Of a DNA stretch of 64,000 bases, positions 55,383 to 64,000 are shown one piece after another. The stretch covers positions 1 through 64,000 of the forward strand of contig JBBCKI010000018.1 of NCBI GenBank assembly GCA_037190965.1, written 5' to 3'. The notes under the pieces are model-generated. The model was not told the origin of the DNA, searched no databases, and saw nothing but the letters and a program-made list of their open reading frames with translations. Origin of the DNA: Chthoniobacteraceae bacterium. GTDB lineage: Bacteria; Verrucomicrobiota; Verrucomicrobiia; Chthoniobacterales; Chthoniobacteraceae. Position 1 is the first letter of the stretch; the number at the start of each line of letters is the position of its first letter. A program made the translations under genes and the position numbers.

Positions 55383-58300
55383 TTACAGCATTCCCAACTG
55401 CCCCTTGAAGATCCAGGCCAGCGCCTTGACGCCGAGTTCCAGCAGGTTAAACGGCTTGGCAATGAAATCGTTGCCGCCGCTGAGGCTCGATTGCACGCGA
55501 TTCTGCACGGTCACAGCCCCCGTCAGGAAGACCACCGGGGTCTTCTTGTGTTCGGGGAGTTTGCGGATCTTGGTGCAGAGGTCGAAGCCGTTCATCTCGG
55601 GCAGCCCGACGTCGATGAAAATCAGGTCGAACCGCTGTTCATTGAGCACGGCCAGCGTGGTCTTGGGATCCTCGGCGCAGGTGACCTTGAGGCTGACGAG
55701 TTCCATGGCCGAGCGGATGATCTTCCGCGCGTCCTGATCGTCATCGACCGCAAAAATATTGGCGAGATACGGGTCTTTCGTCCGGGAAAGGTTCTTCTCT
55801 TCCAGGAGCGTGGCCAAAAAGTCGAGCGATTGGCTGACGGTCCGCAGGGTCGAAGGGTTAATCTGCCCGGGGATCTTCATCAGATCGTCGAGCAGCGACT
55901 CCAGGGCATAGGCCATGGTGTGGACGGCGGTGAGGTTCGCCTGAGAGGTCTGCTCGGTCAGCTTGTGCAGGCTGACAAGGAGCTGCTCCAGCAGACTTGT
56001 CTCGCTCTGGTTCTTGATGAAAGCGTGGAGATAACGCCGCATCCCGTTGAGGGACTCGGGCGCGGTGTCGATGATCTTGCGGAGCAACGCGGGATCGACT
56101 TCCAGCTTGATGGTGGTCGAGTTTTCCGGGCGGCCAAGATGAGGCGCGGTGCGTTGGATCTTGTGGATTTTGTGGATCTGTGATCCGGCGGGCTCGGACG
56201 ACTCGGCGATCTGGGGTTCCACCGGAGCCATTGCCGCCGGAGCCAGGGTAGGGGCTGCGGGTGTGAGGGGCTCAAGCCGCAGCACGGGCGGTTGCGCCGC
56301 GGGAGCTTTTGGCGGTTCCGGAGCTGGTGCAGGCGCGGGCGGAGGCGTGAAGGCAAGCTTCGGCTCGGGGATTGGAACTGGGGTGGGGACCGGGGCCGGT
56401 GCAGCCGCTTGGGCCATTAATTCGGTAATCCGGGCCTGTGCGGTGAGAAGTTGGGCTTCCAGATCGGCGAGGGCAGACCGGGCCTGATCCCGTTCCTGCG
56501 TGAGTTGATCGGCCGTTTCCTGGGGCATGCCGCCTCCCCGGGATTTTGTCAACGCGATGACCTGCCGGCGTTGCTCGTCGAGTTTTGCCGAAAGATCGCG
56601 GGTCTGGGCCTGTGCGGCGTCGAGTTGACGCTGCGCCTCGATCAGTTCCTTGGAGACGTCTTCGCAAACCTGCGCGGCGGCATCGCGTTCCGAGGCAAAC
56701 GCTTCGGCCTGCAGTTCGGCTTCGGTGATCTTCGAAGTGAGTTCGTCGCATTGCGCCTGTAGCGTGCCGTTGGCGGCCGCGATGGACTCCGTGCGGGCAA
56801 TCTCGGCGTCGAGTTTGGCGGCCAGCCCGGCGGTTTCGGCGTCGGCTGCTTCGCGTTGCTGGACGAGCGTTTCGATTTCCTTGGCGCTGGCGGCTGCTTT
56901 TGTCGCGAGTTCCTCGGCATGCTTGCGGGCGTTGTCGAGTTCGGCGGCGGTCGCGTTGGCCTGTTCCTCAGCCTGCTTCCGTGTCTGATCGAGTTCGGCG
57001 GCCAGCCGCTGGATTTCCTGCTGCGTTTTCTCCTGCTCCGCGCTGAGGGCTTCGCGTGCTTTAAGCACGTCTTCGAGCTTGGCGGCGAGTTCTTTGCCGG
57101 ATTGAGTCGCGGCGTCGTGGTTGCTGGAGAGCGCGGCGTTTTTCTGCTCGGCGTCGGCCAGCTTTGCCGCGAGTTCCTCGGCATGTTTGCGGGCGTTGTC
57201 GAGTTCGGAGCCGGTCGCATTGGCCTGCTCCTGAGCCTGTTTTCGCGCCTGGTCGAGTTCGGCGGCAAGCCGTTGGATCTCCTGTTGCGCTTTATCCTGT
57301 TCCGCGCAGAGGTTCTCGCGGCCTTTGATCGCTTCGTCGAGTTTGGCGGCGAGTTCCTTGCCGGATTGGGTCGCGGCGTCGTGGTTGCTGGAAAGGGCGG
57401 CGATTCTTTGTCCGGCATCGGCCAGCTTTGCCGTCAAGTCCTCGGCCTGCTTGCGGGCGTGGTCGCGTTCGGCAGTGGTGGTGCTGATGGCGTTCCCTTG
57501 CTCTTGAGCCTGCTTTCGCGCTGTTTCAAGCTCGGCGGCAATCTGCGCTATCTCCTTTTGAGCGTCGTCGCGTTCCTTGGAGAGGGTGTCGCGGGCTTTG
57601 ATGACTTCGTCAAGCTTCGCGGAGAGTTCATCGCCAAGCCGGGTGGCGGCGGTGTGATCGCCGGAAAGCGCGGCTACTTTCTCTTCGGTCTCGATGAGCT
57701 TTGCCGCAAGTTCGTCTGCCTGTTTGCGGGCACTGTCGAGTTCGGCGGCGGTGGCGATTCCTTGTTCGTCGGCTTCCTTTCGGGCTTGTTGAACCTGTTC
57801 GAGCTCGGCGGTGAGGCGTTGAATCTCCCCTTGGGCGTGATCGCGTTCCTTGGAGAGCGCGTCGCGGGTTTTAAGCGCGTCGTCGAGCTTGGCGGAAAGT
57901 TCGTTGCCCAACTGGGTGGCGGCCTCATGATTGCCGGAAAGCGCGGCGTTCTTTTGCTCTGCGTCTGCCAGCTTCGCCGTCAGCGCTTCGGCCTGCTTGC
58001 GGGCGTCGTCGCGCTCGGCCGTCAGGGTGCCGGCTTGTTCCTGACCCTGCTGCCGGGTTTGATCGAGTTCAGCGGAAAGCCGGGAGATTTCCTTTTGGGC
58101 GTCATCGCGCTCTTTGGAAAGGGCGGCGCGGGTCTTGATGGCCTCGTCGAGCTTGGCAGAGAGTTCGTCGCCGAGTTGGTTGGCGGCTTCGTGATCGCCG
58201 GAAAGGGCGACGATTTTCTTTTCAGCCTCAGTTAGCTTCGCCGCAAGGTCTTCGGCCTGCTTGCGGGCTTCATCGCGCTCGGCGGCGGTGGCTTTGATGG

Positions 58301-61300
58301 CCTCGGCTTGCTTTTTAACCTCCTCCTTGGCCCGGTTTTGGGCTTCCCCGAGTTCAGCGGTAAGCCGTTGGATTTCCTTTTGAGCGTCATCGCGCTCTTT
58401 GGAGAGAGCGTCGCGGCTCTTGAGGGCTTCGTCGAGCTTGGCGGAAAGTTCGTTTCCGAGCTTGGTGGCGGATTCGTGGTTGCCGGAAAGGGCGGCGACC
58501 TTCTTCTCGGTGTCCGCCAGCTTCGCGGCGAGTTCGGCCGCCTGCTTGCGGGCGTCGTCGCGCTCGGCGGCGGTGACGTTGATGGTCTCCCCCTGTTCCT
58601 GGGCCTGCTGCTGAGCCCGGTTTTGGGTCTCTGCAAGCTCGGAGGAGAGGCGTTGAGTTTCTCCCTGCGCCTGATCGAGCTCTTTGGAGAGCGCGTCGCG
58701 GGTTTTGAGGGCGTCGTCGAGTTTCGCGGAAAGCTCGTTGCCGAGTTTGGCGACCGCTTCGTGATCGCCGGAAAGGGAGGCGTTCTTCTTCTCGGCGTCA
58801 GCTAGCTTTGCCTTCAGTGCCTCGACATGCTCACGGGCGCGATCGAGTTCGGCGGAGGTGGCGTCTGCCTGCTCCTGAGCCTGTTTCTGCGCTTGGGCTA
58901 GGTCGGCAGTCAGGCGCTGGACTTCGTGGAGCGCGTGATCGCGTTCCTTGGCCAGGGCTTCGCGGGCTTTGAGGGCGTCATCCAGCTTGGAGGAAAGCTC
59001 ATTGCCGAGTTCGGTGGCGGCGGAATGATCTCCTGAGAGCGCGGCGATCTTCTGTTCGACGCCTGCCAGTTTTGCGGTCAGTTCTTCCGCCTGCTGGAGC
59101 GCGCTGTTGCGTTCGGCGGTAATGGCGTCTGCGCGGTCCCTGGTTTGGGAAAGCTCCGAGGCGAGCCGTTCGTTTTCCTCCAGGGCGGCGTCGTTGTCCG
59201 AAGCGAGGCTTTCGATCTGTTGGTTGAGCCCGTCGACGGTGGAGGCGGTCTCCTCCAGCTCTTTCGTGAGGCTGGAAACCCGGTTGGACTCCTCCTCGAG
59301 CTGCGAGGAGAGCTGATTGTTGTGGTAATGCGCGCCGTCGCGATCTTTGACAAGACCCTCGATTTCGCCTTGCGCCTTTTCCAACTTGGCGGTCAAGCCC
59401 TGAATCTTGCTTTCCAGCGCCTCCCGCTCGCGCGCGAAATCCGCAAGGCGCGCTTCGGTTTCCGACAGCTTGGAGGAAAGCGTTTCACCGACGTTCAGAG
59501 CGTCGTTATGTTTGCCGGTGGCGGCATCGTACCGCGCCCGCGCTTCGACGAGTTCCCCGGAGAGCGTTTCGATCTGTGACTGCGCCCGGAGTTGTTGCCC
59601 GGCGAGTTTGGTAATCTCCGAGTTGGAGCGTTCGACCTGCCCCTCGAGCGTTTCGTTTTTCTGGCGAACCTCGTCGTGCTGTTGGGAAAGGGCGGCAAGC
59701 TCCGCGCGGGCCTCGGCCAATCGGGCCGCGAGGGTGTCCCCCTCTTTGCCGGCCTCGGTCCGGGCCTTTGCCAGATCGTCGATCTTCGCCCGGGCTTCGG
59801 CAAGCTTGGCTGCCAACTCTTCGCTGCGGCGCTTCTCCTCGCTTCGTTCGCGCCCGAGCGCTTCGAGCCGCTCTTTGGCTTCGTTCAATTCCGAGGAAAG
59901 GGACTCTTGAGCTTCCTGGTTCCCGTCGAGCTGTTTGGAAAGGGAGGAGATCTCCGTCTTCTGCTCTTCGACGAGGAACGAGAGCTCTTTTCGGGCCTTG
60001 AGGGCGGCCTCCAGTTCGGCGTTCTTTTCGGCAAGGTTCTTCTCAGCTTCGCTGAGTTTGCCGTTGGCGGCCTCTTCGCGGGCGCGAACGGCCTTCAACT
60101 CGACGTTCAAGGTCTCGCTCTGTTTCTCCAGAGTTGCTTTCTCTTCGGCGAGAGCGGCTTGTTCCTTGCGAGCCTGGGCGAGGTTTTCCTCGTGCCTCTC
60201 GAGGCTCTGCGCCTTGCCGGAAGCGGCTTTGCGGGCTTCCTCCAGTTCTCCGGTCGCCCGGGTCAGGCGGTCCTGGGTCTCGGCGAGTTGCGCCTGGAGC
60301 TTTTCGGCAAGCGCTGCATTTTCCTTCGCCGCCGCTTCTTTTTCCCGGGTCTGTTGGGATGAGGCTTCGAGATCTTTTGAGGCCCGTTCGAGGCTCGCGT
60401 TGAGCGTGTCGACCGCTTTCTGGAGTTCGTCCCGCTGGCGGGTCAGCTCGGCGGTGAGCTTCTGTGGCTCTTCGATCTTCGCGGCGAGCAGCTTTGCTTC
60501 TCCGGTCAGTTTTTCCCGCTCATCGGCCAGCATTTTCTCCAAAGCGGATGCATGGGCTTCCGTCTTGGAGAGTTTGGACGCGGCGCGCTCGACCGCCTGC
60601 CTCAGGGCATCACGCTCGGCGAGAAGGGCGTCGCTTTCCTTCTGGAGCTCGATCCGCTGCTTGGCGGCGACTTCGGAGGCTGCAACGGCTTCATTTCGCG
60701 CCTTGGTGAGTGCCTCGATTTCCTTTCGGGCCTCGGCTAGAGGGAGATTTTCCTCTTCCGTGGTTGAGAGCGGACCGGTCTGGCGCTTCTGGTCGGCGGC
60801 GGTCTCCGTCCCGCTGGGGGCTTTGGGCGCCTTGGCGGTTTTCCCTTTGGCCTCGATGACCGGAACGCGGATTTCGGCCTTGTAGATTCCCTCGACCGTG
60901 CCGAAGCGGATTTTGTCGCCGTCGTTCAGCTCGGCCTCGATGATCGTCTGGCCGTTGATGAAAGTTTTATTGGTGGAATTGAGGTCCTTGAGCCGATACC
61001 GCCCGTTGAGCCGGATGAACTGCGCGTGATGTCCCGAGACGGAGGCATCTTTGAGCCGGATAAGGTTGTCGGACTTCCAGCCCACCGTCACCAGGGCGTC
61101 CACCAACTTGTGGACCGCTTCGGGATCGCTTGCAGTCGCCGCAATGGTCAGCTTGCCGACACAGGTCGCCTCCGTGGCAAGTTTCTGCTTGGGGTCGTTT
61201 CCCGCCGTCCGAAAGACGCACTCCACCGATCCGAACCGGATGTTGTCCGTGTCGTTGAGCAACGCCTCGGCCACTGCCACCCCGTTAATCCAGCTTTTGT

Positions 61301-61490
61301 TCGTGGAGCCAAGATCCTTCAGGCGGAACCGGTCCCCCTCCCGGATCAACTGGGCGTGATGCCGGGAGATGGAGGGGTCCTGAATCTGGATGACGTTTTC
61401 GCCTGCCCAACCGACAGTGACGATCTCCTTTCCGGAGAGTTCATGCGTCACAGTGCCGGAATCGGGAAGGTGAATTTGCAGTGTGGGCAT
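55383..61490 (-). CDS. Giant FHA-FHA / coiled-coil repeat / Hpt-like / receiver protein (2035 aa)
   Basis: Two FHA domains (SISRHHA..DLGSTN..ING; SVSGHHA..DLNSTN..ING), ~1400-aa heptad region, Pro-rich linker, helical Hpt-like segment, REC (VDDD, FIDVGLP, FLT, AKPF). Confidence 0.88.
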   Translation of the reverse strand: MPTLQIHLPDSGTVTHELSGKEIVTVGWAGENVIQIQDPSISRHHAQLIREGDRFRLKDLGSTNKSWINGVAVAEALLNDTDNIRFGSVECVFRTAGNDPKQKLATEATCVGKLTIAATASDPEAVHKLVDALVTVGWKSDNLIRLKDASVSGHHAQFIRLNGRYRLKDLNSTNKTFINGQTIIEAELNDGDKIRFGTVEGIYKAEIRVPVIEAKGKTAKAPKAPSGTETAADQKRQTGPLSTTEEENLPLAEARKEIEALTKARNEAVAASEVAAKQRIELQKESDALLAERDALRQAVERAASKLSKTEAHASALEKMLADEREKLTGEAKLLAAKIEEPQKLTAELTRQRDELQKAVDTLNASLERASKDLEASSQQTREKEAAAKENAALAEKLQAQLAETQDRLTRATGELEEARKAASGKAQSLERHEENLAQARKEQAALAEEKATLEKQSETLNVELKAVRAREEAANGKLSEAEKNLAEKNAELEAALKARKELSFLVEEQKTEISSLSKQLDGNQEAQESLSSELNEAKERLEALGRERSEEKRRSEELAAKLAEARAKIDDLAKARTEAGKEGDTLAARLAEARAELAALSQQHDEVRQKNETLEGQVERSNSEITKLAGQQLRAQSQIETLSGELVEARARYDAATGKHNDALNVGETLSSKLSETEARLADFAREREALESKIQGLTAKLEKAQGEIEGLVKDRDGAHYHNNQLSSQLEEESNRVSSLTKELEETASTVDGLNQQIESLASDNDAALEENERLASELSQTRDRADAITAERNSALQQAEELTAKLAGVEQKIAALSGDHSAATELGNELSSKLDDALKAREALAKERDHALHEVQRLTADLAQAQKQAQEQADATSAELDRAREHVEALKAKLADAEKKNASLSGDHEAVAKLGNELSAKLDDALKTRDALSKELDQAQGETQRLSSELAETQNRAQQQAQEQGETINVTAAERDDARKQAAELAAKLADTEKKVAALSGNHESATKLGNELSAKLDEALKSRDALSKERDDAQKEIQRLTAELGEAQNRAKEEVKKQAEAIKATAAERDEARKQAEDLAAKLTEAEKKIVALSGDHEAANQLGDELSAKLDEAIKTRAALSKERDDAQKEISRLSAELDQTRQQGQEQAGTLTAERDDARKQAEALTAKLADAEQKNAALSGNHEAATQLGNELSAKLDDALKTRDALSKERDHAQGEIQRLTAELEQVQQARKEADEQGIATAAELDSARKQADELAAKLIETEEKVAALSGDHTAATRLGDELSAKLDEVIKARDTLSKERDDAQKEIAQIAAELETARKQAQEQGNAISTTTAERDHARKQAEDLTAKLADAGQRIAALSSNHDAATQSGKELAAKLDEAIKGRENLCAEQDKAQQEIQRLAAELDQARKQAQEQANATGSELDNARKHAEELAAKLADAEQKNAALSSNHDAATQSGKELAAKLEDVLKAREALSAEQEKTQQEIQRLAAELDQTRKQAEEQANATAAELDNARKHAEELATKAAASAKEIETLVQQREAADAETAGLAAKLDAEIARTESIAAANGTLQAQCDELTSKITEAELQAEAFASERDAAAQVCEDVSKELIEAQRQLDAAQAQTRDLSAKLDEQRRQVIALTKSRGGGMPQETADQLTQERDQARSALADLEAQLLTAQARITELMAQAAAPAPVPTPVPIPEPKLAFTPPPAPAPAPEPPKAPAAQPPVLRLEPLTPAAPTLAPAAMAPVEPQIAESSEPAGSQIHKIHKIQRTAPHLGRPENSTTIKLEVDPALLRKIIDTAPESLNGMRRYLHAFIKNQSETSLLEQLLVSLHKLTEQTSQANLTAVHTMAYALESLLDDLMKIPGQINPSTLRTVSQSLDFLATLLEEKNLSRTKDPYLANIFAVDDDQDARKIIRSAMELVSLKVTCAEDPKTTLAVLNEQRFDLIFIDVGLPEMNGFDLCTKIRKLPEHKKTPVVFLTGAVTVQNRVQSSLSGGNDFIAKPFNLLELGVKALAWIFKGQLGML
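56870..59045 (-). repeat. Eight intragenic tandem repeats of 88-95 aa
   Basis: Unit (A/S)LS(G/S)(D/N)H.AA...G.EL..KLD.A.K.R..L..E.D.AQ.EIQRL repeated 8 times. Confidence 0.9.
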
Positions 61491-61686
61491 AGGGGGAGAG
61501 ACAGGTTCCTAAAAGGCCGTTTTCAGGCACATTCAAATCGGTCTGGGAAGCATCGGCAACGCGAATCTATGGGTGCGGGGCGCTCTTATACGAATGGGTA
61601 CGAACTCTAACAAGCCATAGTTTCCCGTGGGGGCAATAGTTTATCCTCAATAGGGCAGCAATTTCCGGGCGCGCAGATAATAAAGT

Positions 61687-63618
61687 TTGCACGATTTCAC
61701 TGCAATGGCCGTCTCCCCTCGGATGCAGGCCCGGATGGCTGCCGGCTGCTCGGGTCAGGTTTTATTGATCTGTTCACGAGTAGATTATTTTTTGCTGACG
61801 ATTGTTTTCTTGGGGTGTCTCGCATTTTATTCCGGAGGCGGCTGGAATCAGAATGCCCGGTTCGCCCAGGTGCGCGCCCTGATGGAGGAACGCCGGTTTG
61901 GGATCGACGATTTTTTGGTTTATCAGAAGGCCCCCGATGAGAGGTCGATGCGGCGGCTCCCCATCCGCGACGCGGCTCTTTCTCCCAGAGGTGCCTCCGG
62001 GCCGCGAATCGGCCTTGCATGGCGTAATCAGGCAGGCGTCTTGACGCCCATTGCGGCGCGGCCTCCTCCCTCCCTGGTTGCTTTGGAGGCCGTGGCCGCC
62101 TCGGGCGACGTCACATTTGTCGGCGGCCACTTTTACCCGAACAAACCGCCCGGGGCCACTTTCCTGGCTTTGCCTGCCTACGGGGCGCTCTTCACGCTGG
62201 AGAAAAAGGCGGGCTGGAATCCGGACGACTGGCGGGTGCTCACTCTCAATGCCTGGCTGACGACCGCGTTCTCGATCGGCCTCGTCTCCGCGTGCGGCGC
62301 CGTCGTGCTCTACAGGGTGGCCCAGCGCTTCGCCAGCCCCGAAACCGCCTTTGCGGTGGCGCTCACGGCGGCATTCGGCACCATGGCGTTTCCCCACGGG
62401 ACGATGCTCTTTGATCACAACCTTACGGCGGCTCTTCTCCTGGGTGCTTTTGCATTTTTGATTCGCGCTCGCAACGACGCGTGCCGTCCCGCCCGGGACG
62501 CTTTCCTGGCCGGGCTGTGTCTGGGTGGCGCGGTGCTTTCCAATTATCTCGCGGGTCTCGGATTCCTCCTGCTGGCGCTTTATGCGGGACGACGGCTTTG
62601 GCTGGGACTCGCGGTAGGGATGGCCGGACCTCTCGCGATATTGGCGGTTTATCATACGGTCTGCTTTGGGAGTCCGTTTGCGCTCGTCTCGACCTTTCAG
62701 AACCCGCTGCTGCTGGAGCAGTTCCCCGCGGAGGCCAAGCAGTTCTTCGGGATGTTTGCGATGCCCAACCCCGGCATGGTGTTGATCCTCCTCGTTTCTC
62801 CCTTCCGGGGGATCTTTTTCTTTTCGCCCGTGCTTCTGCTGGCGGCGTGGGGGCTTTTGCGATGGGGCAGGGAGCGTCGGCATCGCCGGGAAGCCTTGCT
62901 CTGCGTTGCGATGGTTGCCGCTTTCCTTCTTGTGAATGCCGCCTATTGCGGCTGGCACGGCGGGTATGGAGTCGCTCCACGTTACCTCGCCCCGGTCGTA
63001 CCGTTTCTGGCGTTGGGATTGGTGGGGATCTGGCCGTCGTGGCCCCGGCTTTGCGCGGCTGCGGCATGCCTTTCCGTGGCGATGCAATTGGCGCTTACGG
63101 CGACTGACCCGCTTTCGCCGGTCGGCCTGGGAACGATCGCCCGCGTCAGGGGGCGGGCCGACTGGCGCTACAACGCATTGACGGAATCCGCCCTGCCGCT
63201 GCTGGTGAGCGGTCGCCCTCGGCCACTGCTCGACGCATTGCTAGAGGATACGCTGGAGGAGTTGCTCCAAACGGTTCCGCCCTCCCTGCGCGAATTGGAG
63301 GGTGTTCGTTCTCAGGCACAATGGTTGCGGGAGGAAATGCGACGCGCTGCGGAGCGGGGGGAGAGTTTTCCGTTTCCGCTGGCGGCATTTCCGGGGCCGG
63401 TCTCCGCCAACCCGATGGGCATCTTCGAGGGTGACTACTTCCAGATTTCCAAACCGGGCAGTCCGGAGGCCCGGTGGAACTCGTTCAACCTGGGGGAGTT
63501 CCTCTTCCCCGGTAGTTGCTGGAGCCTTCTCGCGGTCGGCATGGTGGTGGGAGCGGTGACGGTCGGATTTCTGGGGTCGCGCGTAAAAAGACTTTGCCTG
63601 CCCCGGAGAAAGGTCTAA
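61687..63618 (+). CDS. Polytopic membrane protein, GT-C (ArnT/PMT-like) glycosyltransferase candidate; start uncertain
   Basis: Many TM helices; YPNKPPG, SPFRGIFFFSP, WHGG..VAPRYL motifs. Confidence 0.6.
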   Translation: MHDFTAMAVSPRMQARMAAGCSGQVLLICSRVDYFLLTIVFLGCLAFYSGGGWNQNARFAQVRALMEERRFGIDDFLVYQKAPDERSMRRLPIRDAALSPRGASGPRIGLAWRNQAGVLTPIAARPPPSLVALEAVAASGDVTFVGGHFYPNKPPGATFLALPAYGALFTLEKKAGWNPDDWRVLTLNAWLTTAFSIGLVSACGAVVLYRVAQRFASPETAFAVALTAAFGTMAFPHGTMLFDHNLTAALLLGAFAFLIRARNDACRPARDAFLAGLCLGGAVLSNYLAGLGFLLLALYAGRRLWLGLAVGMAGPLAILAVYHTVCFGSPFALVSTFQNPLLLEQFPAEAKQFFGMFAMPNPGMVLILLVSPFRGIFFFSPVLLLAAWGLLRWGRERRHRREALLCVAMVAAFLLVNAAYCGWHGGYGVAPRYLAPVVPFLALGLVGIWPSWPRLCAAAACLSVAMQLALTATDPLSPVGLGTIARVRGRADWRYNALTESALPLLVSGRPRPLLDALLEDTLEELLQTVPPSLRELEGVRSQAQWLREEMRRAAERGESFPFPLAAFPGPVSANPMGIFEGDYFQISKPGSPEARWNSFNLGEFLFPGSCWSLLAVGMVVGAVTVGFLGSRVKRLCLPRRKV

Positions 63619-63649
63619 AACCGCGCCAGTTCTTTGGAGTTTAGGACAT

Positions 63650-63830
63650 AGCAATCGGACGTCAGGAATTCCGTGAAAACCGGAAGCAGTTGCGCTGCTG
63701 TAACTGGATACGACTTCCCTAGGGAGTGTTGTCACAAGAGGACACGACCTAACAGGCCAATCGCCGGATCACCCGGCGGTGAAGGCGGGAAGAAGGCAAG
63801 CCAGGAGCCAGAATATTGACCCCGATCGCT
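63650..63830 (+). ncRNA. Cobalamin (B12) riboswitch
   Basis: P1 AGCAATCGG/CCGATCGCT; GGAA-TTCCGTGAAAACCGGAA-GCAG..GCGCTGCTGTAA core; GCCAATC...GGTGAAGGC; B12-box-like GAGCCAGAATATTGACC; downstream hairpin GCCTCT..AGAGGC (63841-63860). Confidence 0.8.
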
Positions 63831-63967
63831 CTCATTCGTGGCCTCTTCGTGTGGAGAGGCTTCGAGAAAACTTCTTCGCAAAAAGAAGAATGAGGGGCTC
63901 GGGCCTATCGCTCTGCGTGGTCTGGTCTCTCTTCGAACCAATCCGAAATCGAACAAGAGATCATACC

Positions 63968-64000
63968 ATGAAAAAACTGTTTAGCGCCATTGCGGCGCTT
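63968..64000 (+). CDS. N-terminus of a secreted protein (truncated by window end), probably B12-regulated
   Basis: MKKLFSAIAAL signal-peptide-like start downstream of the riboswitch. Confidence 0.55.
   Translation, partial: MKKLFSAIAAL

Noticed and set aside
56856..58235. 459-aa plus-strand repetitive ORF, and CRISPR-like periodicity in this region
   Set aside because: The periodicity comes from coding repeats of the 2035-aa gene on the minus strand; there is no repeat-spacer structure and no cas genes anywhere in the window.

Overview
A GC-rich bacterial chromosome segment, very likely from Verrucomicrobiota (inferred from the Amuc_1098-1102-type pilus/secretin cluster, a PEP-CTERM protein and an H-X9-DG pseudopilin). 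It opens with the 3' end of an ISL3 element next to tRNA-Pro(GGG). Housekeeping genes follow (obgE, GT4, tcdA, tatD, sufE, Lrp, pfkA, S11 carboxypeptidase, ftsH, holA, UDP-GlcA decarboxylase), then an Akkermansia-like type IV pilus/secretin operon and coaE-rho-rnd. The middle holds an AraC-linked putative di-iron enzyme and a signalling block (output-less PAS/GAF sensor, XRE, histidine kinase, REC-PAS-PP2C). The right half is accessory. It contains a 1184-aa secreted gene bracketed by 77-bp direct repeats, katA-oxyR with clear OxyR boxes, and a PUL-like locus without SusC/D (GntR, PEP-CTERM protein plus untethered paralog, pseudopilin, BNR protein, DUF4838-like protein). It also has a 2035-aa FHA-FHA/coiled-coil-repeat/Hpt-like/REC protein, a GT-C-like membrane protein, and a cobalamin riboswitch ahead of a gene running off the end. 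Several small REP/MITE-like repeat families and two 59-aa genes missed by the ORF track were also found. All calls come from motif recognition by eye; no searches were run.
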